IMG/VR virus record: IMGVR_UViG_3300029023_000077
Source of the DNA: a virus
Reading direction: 5' to 3' (one strand)
DNA: 64,000 nucleotides
Part shown: positions 1-8,642 of the stretch, piece by piece
How the letters are laid out: every line of letters begins with the position of its first letter
Position numbering within the stretch: position 1 is the stretch's first letter
The notes under the pieces: generated by a model
Told to the model about the DNA's origin: nothing
Seen by the model: the letters and a program-made list of their open reading frames with translations, nothing else
Database searches by the model: none
Translations under genes and position numbers: made by a program

Positions 1-84
1 TTTATCGCACTAGATAGTGTTTCACCTAAGGTAGCAGGCTGGTACAGAGAATCAGAAATTGTGAGAATATTGTAGGAGCAGGCT

Positions 85-276
85 ATGATTTATGAGGATC
101 TAGATATGAAAGAAGTATTGGAAAAAACAGAAAACAGTATTGCAAAAGCTAAAGCTAACGCAGGGGATTCAGTTATAGGACGTGATGAAAATCTGCATAT
201 ACCATTAGACACTAAGCACCAACAGGCTAAGGCTTTGTTTCGGATGCAGGCTTACTGTGGATTTTTCAGGAAGTAA
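85..276 (+). CDS. hypothetical small protein
   Basis: 63-aa ORF, weak start context. Confidence 0.3.
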   Translation: MIYEDLDMKEVLEKTENSIAKAKANAGDSVIGRDENLHIPLDTKHQQAKALFRMQAYCGFFRK

Positions 277-1027
277 TAATGTGAAGAAAAGAGTAGTAAA
301 TGTTTGTATAATTGCGCTAATGCTGGGGGTTTGTATTTACTTGGCTAAAGACCGAAGTGATATTCCTAGCTCACCTAATCAAGAAGAAGTTGAGGAGGTC
401 TTGGAAACAACTACAGCAGTGGCACAGGTAATTGATTGTAAGCCAGAATTGATTGTAAAAGAATCTGATCAGTTCAAGGCTTATTTTAGTTATGCAAATG
501 ATTCTTTAAGGATATGCGATGAATCGTTTGCAGAGTGTAAGTTGTCAAAGATAGGCACTGTAAAATACGATGGGTATTATGAGGTAGAGTATTTATTCAA
601 CCTTAGTGGATCGATTGAGGGTCTGTATTCTGATACACCATGCGTTGATACAGCAAAGTTAGATATTATTAACCCTTATTTAGTAGATATCGCAGGACAG
701 CAGATGATAGTTGAAGACTCAGCTTATCAGAGTATGCAGGATAAATATTACAAACTCAGTTATAAAACTGACAGTGATATTAAGATATCTAATGAAGTAT
801 TTCAGTATGGTATATATTCTGCTGATATTGAAGGTACTGTCACATATCATGTGAAGACAACAGAACCTTCTAGTGCATTGGGGTTGATAGAACGAACAAA
901 CCGTGTTGATTTGACACCACAAGCAGTTCGTATTCGTCATTCCCAGGCAGCTAACAGTATTTATGGTTACACAATCATCAGATTGCCTAAGGGTTTTAGT
1001 AAGGAGGATTTATGCAGAGACGTTTAA
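257..1027 (+). CDS. membrane-anchored hypothetical protein
   Basis: 256-aa ORF; N-terminal hydrophobic helix VVNVCIIALMLGVCIYLA. Confidence 0.5.
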   Translation: MDFSGSNNVKKRVVNVCIIALMLGVCIYLAKDRSDIPSSPNQEEVEEVLETTTAVAQVIDCKPELIVKESDQFKAYFSYANDSLRICDESFAECKLSKIGTVKYDGYYEVEYLFNLSGSIEGLYSDTPCVDTAKLDIINPYLVDIAGQQMIVEDSAYQSMQDKYYKLSYKTDSDIKISNEVFQYGIYSADIEGTVTYHVKTTEPSSALGLIERTNRVDLTPQAVRIRHSQAANSIYGYTIIRLPKGFSKEDLCRDV

Positions 1028-1566
1028 TGCCTGAAGTTTTGGATTATGCTAATAAGTCAAAGTTATTAGGTGTATTTATTGATGAAGCGTATGAATTAAC
1101 TGGAGATGTTCCATTGACTCAGGAAGAAAAGGAGAAAATTGTAGATGCTTTTCTAACGAATAATGGCGTGGTGCAGTTGCCACTTTCAGTTGTTAAACTG
1201 TTTGTAAAAGTAGAGGCATGTTTAGATAAATGCTTACTATTCTGCTTGCATCCACATGTCAATTACGTTGCACTGTCAAAATCACTTATGAGTATTCTTG
1301 ACAGTGATGTGACTCGTTGCTTCAGTGATGAGGTAGAACAGGCAATGTTGACATCAATTCAGTTATGCCAGACTGGTAGGCTGACAGCAGCATCTGTAAG
1401 AAGGTTTTATGAGATCTTCAGGTCTCGTCGTTCATTTGGTGATTACAACGATTTAATTGCCAAAATGATTGTAGCTGTTTATCTGATAAATGAAGGCGTA
1501 GACCCTATGCCAGCATTAGCAGGTAACTTTGGTTATTTTGATTACGGTGAAAGTATTGAACTGTAA
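1012..1566 (+). CDS. hypothetical protein
   Basis: 184-aa ORF overlapping upstream stop (translational coupling). Confidence 0.5.
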   Translation: MQRRLMPEVLDYANKSKLLGVFIDEAYELTGDVPLTQEEKEKIVDAFLTNNGVVQLPLSVVKLFVKVEACLDKCLLFCLHPHVNYVALSKSLMSILDSDVTRCFSDEVEQAMLTSIQLCQTGRLTAASVRRFYEIFRSRRSFGDYNDLIAKMIVAVYLINEGVDPMPALAGNFGYFDYGESIEL

Positions 1567-1681
1567 TGTATAGGTATCTTAAGGGTAGCGTTGAGAAATT
1601 ATGCTACCCTTTTTAGATATATAAAACACCCAACTAAATAAAACTGAATAAAGCAAATAAGAAAAAGGAGAAAAGAGAATT

Positions 1682-2908
1682 ATGAAGATTAAGGTAGCAG
1701 CAGGTACATTGGAGGAAGCAAAAGAGGTAAAGAGTGCACAGAGTGGTTTAAAGTCATTTTCAAAGGCAGTTGAGCTTGGTCATGACTACAGACTTGTTCT
1801 GAGAGTATCACCAGCATCTATTGCAGCTGGAAAGCCATCACTGCTGTCAGCATCATTCCCTATCAGAAAGCTGGAGAGATTCGTAAAGGGCAGTACATAC
1901 ATTCTGGAAGACTGGGACACTGATGAAATGACAGGTCGCTATATCGACAAGACTCCTATTGCACCATATGAGAATATCAGTAGAGTGGTTCACAAGGCAG
2001 AAGCAGCTCGCGAAAAACTCAAGAAGGAAAGAGAGCTTAATAACGATGCAGTAGATTCTGGTATTGATGTAAACTCACAGGATTTTGTGTCTAAGAGAGC
2101 AATTGAAATCAACAAGATTGATCTTAAATACTTTGGTGACAAGGATACAAAGACCTATGCAACTGTTCATCAGCTGGTTGGACCTATCACAACATATACT
2201 TGTACAGAAATGTATTTGATTCCTTGTGATGCAGGTGTGCCTGATTACAATAAGGCAGAATTAGTTTCATTTGATATTACTTCCGCATCAAGACTGCAGA
2301 AGCTCATCAATGTATTTAAATCTGTTTATCAGCCAGGAGATCAGTTTGTAGAGCTTAGCATTAAGTATGGCTATGGTTGCCAGGATAACAAGGCTGCTGG
2401 TCAGGCTTTATCATTTGATATTGTAAAACCTGAAGATCGTTTAAGTGCTACAACCCCAGAGAAGTGGGCTGAGTTTGCACCAAATCTTGAGCAGATTGCA
2501 ATTTCACCGGAACAGGTTGCATCCAGAAGTATGGCAGCAAGATACAATAATACTGCTAGTGCTCTGATTGCATCATTTAAAGAATATGTATCTAAGGTAC
2601 CTAACATGTTCCATAACCTGGACTTTGAGGATAATACAGTAAAGTATTCAGCACAGGATCTGCTTAATTCAGGTATCGTAGCTGAGAAGACTGTTCAGGA
2701 GAGATTGTTAGCCATTGTTCAGGAGACAGTAGGTGACGCTGCAGTGGCGGAAGCTAAGGAAGCTGAAGATAAGGCAGCAACAGAAGATTTCGATGCCAGC
2801 GCAGTAGCAAAGGCTGGTACAATTGATGAACTTGCAGAAGCAGTTACTAACACAAGTTCAGCAGGAGATTTATCCGCATTAGACTCTGGAGATATCGCAG
2901 ACATCTAA
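1682..2908 (+). CDS. hypothetical protein, probably abundant (acidic C-terminal tail)
   Basis: 408-aa ORF; strong RBS AAAAGGAGAAAAG 8 nt upstream; followed by a hairpin terminator. Confidence 0.6.
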   Translation: MKIKVAAGTLEEAKEVKSAQSGLKSFSKAVELGHDYRLVLRVSPASIAAGKPSLLSASFPIRKLERFVKGSTYILEDWDTDEMTGRYIDKTPIAPYENISRVVHKAEAAREKLKKERELNNDAVDSGIDVNSQDFVSKRAIEINKIDLKYFGDKDTKTYATVHQLVGPITTYTCTEMYLIPCDAGVPDYNKAELVSFDITSASRLQKLINVFKSVYQPGDQFVELSIKYGYGCQDNKAAGQALSFDIVKPEDRLSATTPEKWAEFAPNLEQIAISPEQVASRSMAARYNNTASALIASFKEYVSKVPNMFHNLDFEDNTVKYSAQDLLNSGIVAEKTVQERLLAIVQETVGDAAVAEAKEAEDKAATEDFDASAVAKAGTIDELAEAVTNTSSAGDLSALDSGDIADI

Positions 2909-2922
2909 GTGGATAGTAGAAA

Positions 2923-2956
2923 GGAGCTATCTCGTTTTGAGATAGCTCCTATTATG
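2923..2956 (+). terminator. candidate rho-independent terminator
   Basis: GGAGCTATCTC-GTTTT-GAGATAGCTCC perfect 11-bp stem followed by TATTATGTT. Confidence 0.5.
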
Positions 2957-2970
2957 TTGAGGTTAATTAA

Positions 2971-3894
2971 ATGAAAGTTGAATTAAAGAATGTGCAGAGC
3001 ATAAAGCATGCTCTTTATGAAATACCAGATACAGGTATTATTCAGATTGCTGGTGGTAATTCCAATGGTAAGTCCATCCTATTCAAGGCGATTGGTGCTG
3101 TTGTAAATCAGACTATGGAAAATAATGCCAAGCGCAAGTCTCTTATTCAGAGGCACTGCGATGATGCTGAAATAATAATGCAGCACAAGAACAAAGTTCT
3201 ATATACATACCTGCACCTGGATAGAAATAAGTGTTATGTGGCTTATCAAGAGGAAGGTAGTAAGCCAATTATCCGTACATTCAGGGATAAGGGTATTGAT
3301 AAATTGGTGCGGTCGTTTGGGTTCTACTGTTATGGCAAAAGCTCTGTTTGTTTACAGTTATATGAAACATTCGGTCCAATGCCATTTGTAAACGTGACTG
3401 ATGAAATCAATGGTGAAATTGTTGAATCCGTAACAGAAGATCAGGTGGCTAAGAAGTTCTTAGAGTCCTATAAGAACTTCACATACCCAAAAGCAATTGG
3501 CTACAAGAAAGAGCTCGATAAGAAGATCGACTCACTGATGCAGCTTAAAGCTTCAATTGTTATGTATGATTGGCGGAAATATGAAGAGTTTGGTAATAAG
3601 ATGCGTGAATTTTATCAGGTGCTAAAATTTGCAACTACTGCGCAATTGATACGAGTACACGTCCCGCCGGACATTACGCTCTATGAGGTTGAGCCAATGA
3701 AGTTAAAACATGTGAATGTACTACCATCCGGTGTAGTTTATGATGTGGAACCAGTACGGCTCAGAAAACCTAAAGTTGTATATGAACCTATTAATTGTGT
3801 GCTAACTAAGCCAACACAGTTAGTTTATGAGATGACTAAATTGTATGAAGGTGTCTGCCCGACATGTGGTAGACCATTGATTGATAAGGAGTAG
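2971..3894 (+). CDS. SbcC/Rad50-like ATPase, N-terminal half with zinc hook
   Basis: Walker A GGNSNGKS near N-terminus; C-terminal CPTCGRPL matches the Rad50 CPxCGR zinc-hook. Confidence 0.6.
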   Translation: MKVELKNVQSIKHALYEIPDTGIIQIAGGNSNGKSILFKAIGAVVNQTMENNAKRKSLIQRHCDDAEIIMQHKNKVLYTYLHLDRNKCYVAYQEEGSKPIIRTFRDKGIDKLVRSFGFYCYGKSSVCLQLYETFGPMPFVNVTDEINGEIVESVTEDQVAKKFLESYKNFTYPKAIGYKKELDKKIDSLMQLKASIVMYDWRKYEEFGNKMREFYQVLKFATTAQLIRVHVPPDITLYEVEPMKLKHVNVLPSGVVYDVEPVRLRKPKVVYEPINCVLTKPTQLVYEMTKLYEGVCPTCGRPLIDKE

Positions 3895-3899
3895 AGATT

Positions 3900-4520
3900 A
3901 TGGGGATATGCCCGTTATGCGGTTCAAAATTGAATAGTAAGAATATGTGTACGAATTTTACAGCATGCTCCTATGTGGGCACTAATAGTTTTGATTTGTA
4001 TTCGTTAAAAGATGGGGTTACAGACGAACTTCGGAATAATCTGGTGATTGTTGACCAGACAGTGGCTACAATGGATTTGCCTGCTACACCAGAATTTTTT
4101 ATTTTAGGCGGAGCAGCATTAGTATTTCATGGATTGACAGATCGCCCTACTATGGATATTGACACAGCCAACAGAATAGACGATAATCTACGTGAGGTTA
4201 TTGATGTATTTGTTAGTGATCAGGCAAGTGAGGTTACTCAGCTTGGAAAAGGGTATCAGTGCAGAGCAGTGCCATATATGGAGGAGTTAAGCAACATTAA
4301 GGTGTATCTGCTATCACAGGAAGACCTGATTATAACGAAGGTAATCAGTAATCGGAAAAAGGATATTGGGGATTTGTTGAAAACCAATATCTTGACAAAA
4401 CATAATGTACAGAAGGCGGTAAGTGTCCTTCAGGCAGAGTATCCTGCAGATGCAGCTAAAAGGTATTCTGCTTATATAAAGCATTTGTTAGCTCGAAAGG
4501 AGAACGCAGATTTTGAATAG
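3900..4520 (+). CDS. Pol-beta superfamily nucleotidyltransferase with N-terminal zinc ribbon
   Basis: CPLCGSK...C..C ribbon; ILGGAALVFHGLTDRPTMDIDT = GG-x14-DID NTase motif (AbiEii/Lnu-like). Confidence 0.5.
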   Translation: MGICPLCGSKLNSKNMCTNFTACSYVGTNSFDLYSLKDGVTDELRNNLVIVDQTVATMDLPATPEFFILGGAALVFHGLTDRPTMDIDTANRIDDNLREVIDVFVSDQASEVTQLGKGYQCRAVPYMEELSNIKVYLLSQEDLIITKVISNRKKDIGDLLKTNILTKHNVQKAVSVLQAEYPADAAKRYSAYIKHLLARKENADFE

Positions 4521-4905
4521 TAGGTTGGAATTTCCAGATATGTTGAAAAGGGTGTATGCTTATCGTAAAGAACGGTGTGATGGGGCTTGGAATATTGATA
4601 ATACTGAACAACTCGAAAAACTGTTAGATGATAGTGAACGTGAGTTTTACTTCTTTTTGACATATGCCTACATGTCAAATTTAGATTTAACGGGTATCAT
4701 TACAAATGAAAGTTTACCTATTAGATTGGCGGTTGCTATTTATACCAGCCAAGCTAAGGAGCAAGGGTATGGCTCTATTTGTGAGTACTTGAATCAGTTT
4801 ATAGTAGCAGATGAATCAGTTGTTCAGGCTAAAAAGGTAATCCATGAGATTACTATGGCTAAGCAGCGTGAGAGGATAGAAAATGACAGAAAATTACTGG
4901 ACTAA
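4513..4905 (+). CDS. hypothetical protein
   Basis: 130-aa ORF, overlaps neighbours by a few nt. Confidence 0.45.
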   Translation: MNSRLEFPDMLKRVYAYRKERCDGAWNIDNTEQLEKLLDDSEREFYFFLTYAYMSNLDLTGIITNESLPIRLAVAIYTSQAKEQGYGSICEYLNQFIVADESVVQAKKVIHEITMAKQRERIENDRKLLD

Positions 4906-5971
4906 CCTTTTGTTCGCAGGTGATTTGCACAAGAGGCATAAAGACATATCAACCATCGAAGGGTATGTGAAGTGTACGCATGCGGTACAGGCTCAGTTAG
5001 AACGTGTAATTCAAGATCGGCATGTTGATTACTTTATAAGTCTCGGTGATTGGTATGATAAAGGGTATGCTGCTGACATATCAGCTGCATTATCTGACTG
5101 TGATGCTGATATTCAGATGTCTAAGGTCTTGAATGGTAACTTCTATGGATTGATTGGAAACCATATACGATTGAGTATGGATTCTAATCCGGAGTTGCAC
5201 TTAATTCAACCGCATGCCTATTTGAGAAGCAGGCAGCCTGTTACACGCAAGGATCAAATCATACACACACCTGGAATGTTAAGGATAAATGACGTACAGA
5301 TATCATTCCAGCATTATGATATGGGTTTAAGTAGTGTGGCAGATTACAAGCCTAAGAGAGAATCTTGGGCAAAGTACCACATTGCATTATTCCATACACC
5401 ATTAGTTGTGCCGGGTTATAAGTTAATCGACACACAGTATGGTTACAATATCTCATCCAATAATGATATTGCTTATACATTGGAGAATGTAGATTTGGCA
5501 ATCTGTGGTGATATACATAAACCACTGGGACAATTTGATATTAACAAGCCAAATGGCACAAAGACTGTTATGATTGTGCCGGGCTCACTTACAAATACAG
5601 ACGCAGGTGATGCAAATCGCCATGCGTCTATTTCTATGCCTTTTATTCAGATAGGTCTTAATTCTGAAGTTAAGATTCAGTATATTCCGTTTGACTTGTT
5701 AACTAATACGGTGACGTTTAAAAAGAAGAATATTGAACAAGCACAGGACAAGATGAAAACGTTACGTGGTAAAAGTTTAGAGAATCTGTATAACCCTGAA
5801 GATGTTGTGGCGGCTCTAAGTCACAGAGAAGATACACTCTTATCACTAAATGCGTTTATGGAGTCTAAAGGGTACACTCAAACTGATAAACAGCTTATTC
5901 TGAGTGTAATGCAAAATCCAGAGGATATTTTAAACCTAGTGAAGATATGGCAGGGTGAGAAGATCGTATAG
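4883..5971 (+). CDS. calcineurin-like metallophosphoesterase, SbcD/Mre11-like nuclease
   Basis: Motifs GDLH, LGDWYDKG (GDxxD), IGNHI (GNH) in canonical order. Confidence 0.7.
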   Translation: MTENYWTNLLFAGDLHKRHKDISTIEGYVKCTHAVQAQLERVIQDRHVDYFISLGDWYDKGYAADISAALSDCDADIQMSKVLNGNFYGLIGNHIRLSMDSNPELHLIQPHAYLRSRQPVTRKDQIIHTPGMLRINDVQISFQHYDMGLSSVADYKPKRESWAKYHIALFHTPLVVPGYKLIDTQYGYNISSNNDIAYTLENVDLAICGDIHKPLGQFDINKPNGTKTVMIVPGSLTNTDAGDANRHASISMPFIQIGLNSEVKIQYIPFDLLTNTVTFKKKNIEQAQDKMKTLRGKSLENLYNPEDVVAALSHREDTLLSLNAFMESKGYTQTDKQLILSVMQNPEDILNLVKIWQGEKIV

Positions 5972-5989
5972 TAGGAAGGAGAAATTAAA

Positions 5990-6328
5990 ATGGATATAAA
6001 AGCTGCTGCTGAGAAATACAAGAAGTGTCAGGAAGATTTCATCTCCATGAGGACTAAGGAGGAAGTTATGCTTAACACATTCTTTGAGAGGATACGTTCC
6101 ATAAAGGAACCAATCTTTGAAGGGAAGGTAGCGATACCAGAAAATGCAAATCTCAAAACATTGGTGCCAGAATATTATGTGGAACATCCTAATCAGGAAG
6201 TTTTAGATGCACAAATTGATGCAGTTAATGAGATGCTTGATAAAATTAACGAAATTCTGGTTCTTAAATGTGAGGAGGCAGAAAAATGCTATTCAGAGTA
6301 TCAGGTGCTCGCTTCAGAGAAGCGCTGA
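5990..6328 (+). CDS. hypothetical protein
   Basis: 112-aa ORF with RBS GGAAGGAG. Confidence 0.45.
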   Translation: MDIKAAAEKYKKCQEDFISMRTKEEVMLNTFFERIRSIKEPIFEGKVAIPENANLKTLVPEYYVEHPNQEVLDAQIDAVNEMLDKINEILVLKCEEAEKCYSEYQVLASEKR

Positions 6329-7299
6329 TAGGTGTTGCAGGAGTTGGAACCAAGAAACCTGTGAACCTGACATTTACGCCTGGGTCTTTAAGGATTCAGT
6401 CGAGTAATATCATTATTGTAGAGGAAAACATTGAAGTGCTTGAGCAAGACACGGATTATGAATCTTTTTCTGCGACAATGAATAATACAGTGGATCTAAT
6501 AGATAGTGATGAAGTGCTTAACATTGCAGTAAATGGAGACACTATGACCTTGAGTCAAACGCTTCTGAATTATACAGTTGGTCGGGAATATGCAGAAGCA
6601 ATAGAGTATAAGGAAGTTTCTAATGACTATGAGCAGATTGACAGGAATCAATTAAGCAATATTGTCAAAGATATACGAGCTATAGAGCTTATAACTAAAA
6701 CACTTGGTAAAGATGCATTTGCAGTCTATGTTTATAATGGCAGGTGCTTTATAGATGGACAGTGTATTGCCTATGAAGCTCCGTTAAATCTGCCGAATGC
6801 TGGTGTTACAAATAAGGTCCTTAAGGAACTTGTACGTGTTTGCAGGGGCAATACAAGTGCTTGTGTACAGGATAAAGTTTTATCTGTGAAATCGGCAAAT
6901 AAAAGGATTTTGGTTGCGACAGATGTAGTGGATATGCAGCATGTTAAAGTGCTGCAGTCTATATCTTCAAATATGAAATTACTCACAAGTAATTTTGATA
7001 TTAGTCCGTACACAGGTATATTGGAGACATTCCTAAAGGTGTATAGTGGTTCTTTAGCAAATATCACTATTGGTGAAGATGGCATGTTTGTATTTATGGA
7101 TAATGGTGAAGCTAAAGTTGTTGCGGGTAAACAAGTTGATAGGATTTGTTCTATTCAGCTGTCTATGCAACAGGCTGTGTGTATGAGTCATATCATGGGA
7201 TCTCTAGGTGGAATAGATATTTATGGAGGTAATAATAAAATATGCTTAGTACAGAAGAGCAGCAACAAAAAATTAACTCTTGCAGGGAGCGTTTATTAA
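6286..7299 (+). CDS. hypothetical protein (weak resemblance to sliding-clamp N-termini)
   Basis: 337-aa ORF; MLFRVSGARFREAL... start resembles DnaN/gp45-type clamps, only by eye. Confidence 0.4.
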   Translation: MLFRVSGARFREALIGVAGVGTKKPVNLTFTPGSLRIQSSNIIIVEENIEVLEQDTDYESFSATMNNTVDLIDSDEVLNIAVNGDTMTLSQTLLNYTVGREYAEAIEYKEVSNDYEQIDRNQLSNIVKDIRAIELITKTLGKDAFAVYVYNGRCFIDGQCIAYEAPLNLPNAGVTNKVLKELVRVCRGNTSACVQDKVLSVKSANKRILVATDVVDMQHVKVLQSISSNMKLLTSNFDISPYTGILETFLKVYSGSLANITIGEDGMFVFMDNGEAKVVAGKQVDRICSIQLSMQQAVCMSHIMGSLGGIDIYGGNNKICLVQKSSNKKLTLAGSVY

Positions 7300-7901
7300 G
7301 CGCTATCGTGCAGGCGAGTGAAAGAACTGATATTGGGCGTAATAATGAAAAGAGGGCGCAGAGTCTGGATACTGAGTTGGATAATTATATTAAAGTAAGA
7401 GATACTGTTCGAGAGGTAATTAACCACATCTCCAGCATGTATAAGAATATCCAAAAATATGCTGATGACAGGCGGGAGCTCTCGATGGAGATGTTAAAAC
7501 TGGCTATTGCAAAAGCTGGATATATTGTTCCGGATGCTGCCATTGATAATATTCATTTGGAAGTTGAAGATAAAAAAGCCTGTATTGTAGACAATGAAGG
7601 TATTGATGTGAACCTGAAAGAAGGTTCAGCTTACCGTACAGTCATGAGTGCTTTGATTCGGTACACATTACTCATGGAATTGCCAGATGCTATAAAGATT
7701 ATTTTCTTTGATGAGGCTTTCGGCACATTGAGTGAAGAAACTATTAACCAGATGAGGGAGTACTTTAGTGTATTTCAAAAGGATGTTGCAATTGTAGGTA
7801 TTGAACAGAGAGACTCATTGTTCCAGGGATTGCCAAAAGTGAAATTTATTGCGACTAAAGATGCTGATGGTACAACGACAATCAGACAGGAGACGTTATG
7901 A
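7242..7901 (+). CDS. SbcC/Rad50-like ATPase, C-terminal half
   Basis: IIFFDEAFGTLSEETI = SbcC Walker B/D-loop (cf. LFIDEGFGTLD); preceded by coiled-coil-like region. Confidence 0.6.
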   Translation: MLSTEEQQQKINSCRERLLSAIVQASERTDIGRNNEKRAQSLDTELDNYIKVRDTVREVINHISSMYKNIQKYADDRRELSMEMLKLAIAKAGYIVPDAAIDNIHLEVEDKKACIVDNEGIDVNLKEGSAYRTVMSALIRYTLLMELPDAIKIIFFDEAFGTLSEETINQMREYFSVFQKDVAIVGIEQRDSLFQGLPKVKFIATKDADGTTTIRQETL

Positions 7902-8641
7902 AAAAATTAAAAGATCTACTTAATACTAGGTATGTATATAATAGTTATCTTACAAAGCTGGATCAGGTGCTGCGAGAGATTACTGAAAATGAGAGGGAAT
8001 TAGATTTAGCTGAATGTAATTTTACACCACAGGCAGCTGGTGTAATTCGCCACTATTATGGAAAAATCTATTTTGTTAATTCGGCAGATGCTAGGTTAAA
8101 TCAGTTATTACTTGCAAATAACGGATGCCTGACTGCAAAAATGGAGAATCCACAATTGTTGAAATTTGATTTCAAAAATGTTGAAGAATTTAAACAGTTG
8201 TTGATGAGTCTTGATAAAACAGGTAACTATGTGCTGGCGCCTGGACGTGATATCGCTACTATCGCTACAGCTACAATCATTATCATGATGTACCCTAATT
8301 TGATGTTGGACGTAGATAACCGCATTGGTGAGATATTTAAGTTTGCAAGAAACGAATGGCTGAAGTGCAATGAACATCATGATGCATATTGGCTTGTAGA
8401 TAATACAGGACTTGTTAAATTACCAGTGGACGAAGATGGGTATGTCAAGCTCATTGATAAACGACTTGTAAAAGAGAGTGTTCTTGTGAAGTTATATAAT
8501 GTAATGCCGGTCGACTTTGGAACTAGAGTAATTATAAAGGATGATGAATTCCGTCCGATTTTCCAAAATGCATTAAGGGTGCTGGATACAAAGCATGAGC
8601 CAGAACGTCGTATGTTGGATTTTTTGGAGAGGAGAGGTTAG
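7898..8641 (+). CDS. hypothetical protein
   Basis: 247-aa ORF, start overlaps upstream stop. Confidence 0.5.
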   Translation: MKKLKDLLNTRYVYNSYLTKLDQVLREITENERELDLAECNFTPQAAGVIRHYYGKIYFVNSADARLNQLLLANNGCLTAKMENPQLLKFDFKNVEEFKQLLMSLDKTGNYVLAPGRDIATIATATIIIMMYPNLMLDVDNRIGEIFKFARNEWLKCNEHHDAYWLVDNTGLVKLPVDEDGYVKLIDKRLVKESVLVKLYNVMPVDFGTRVIIKDDEFRPIFQNALRVLDTKHEPERRMLDFLERRG

Positions 8642-8642
8642 A

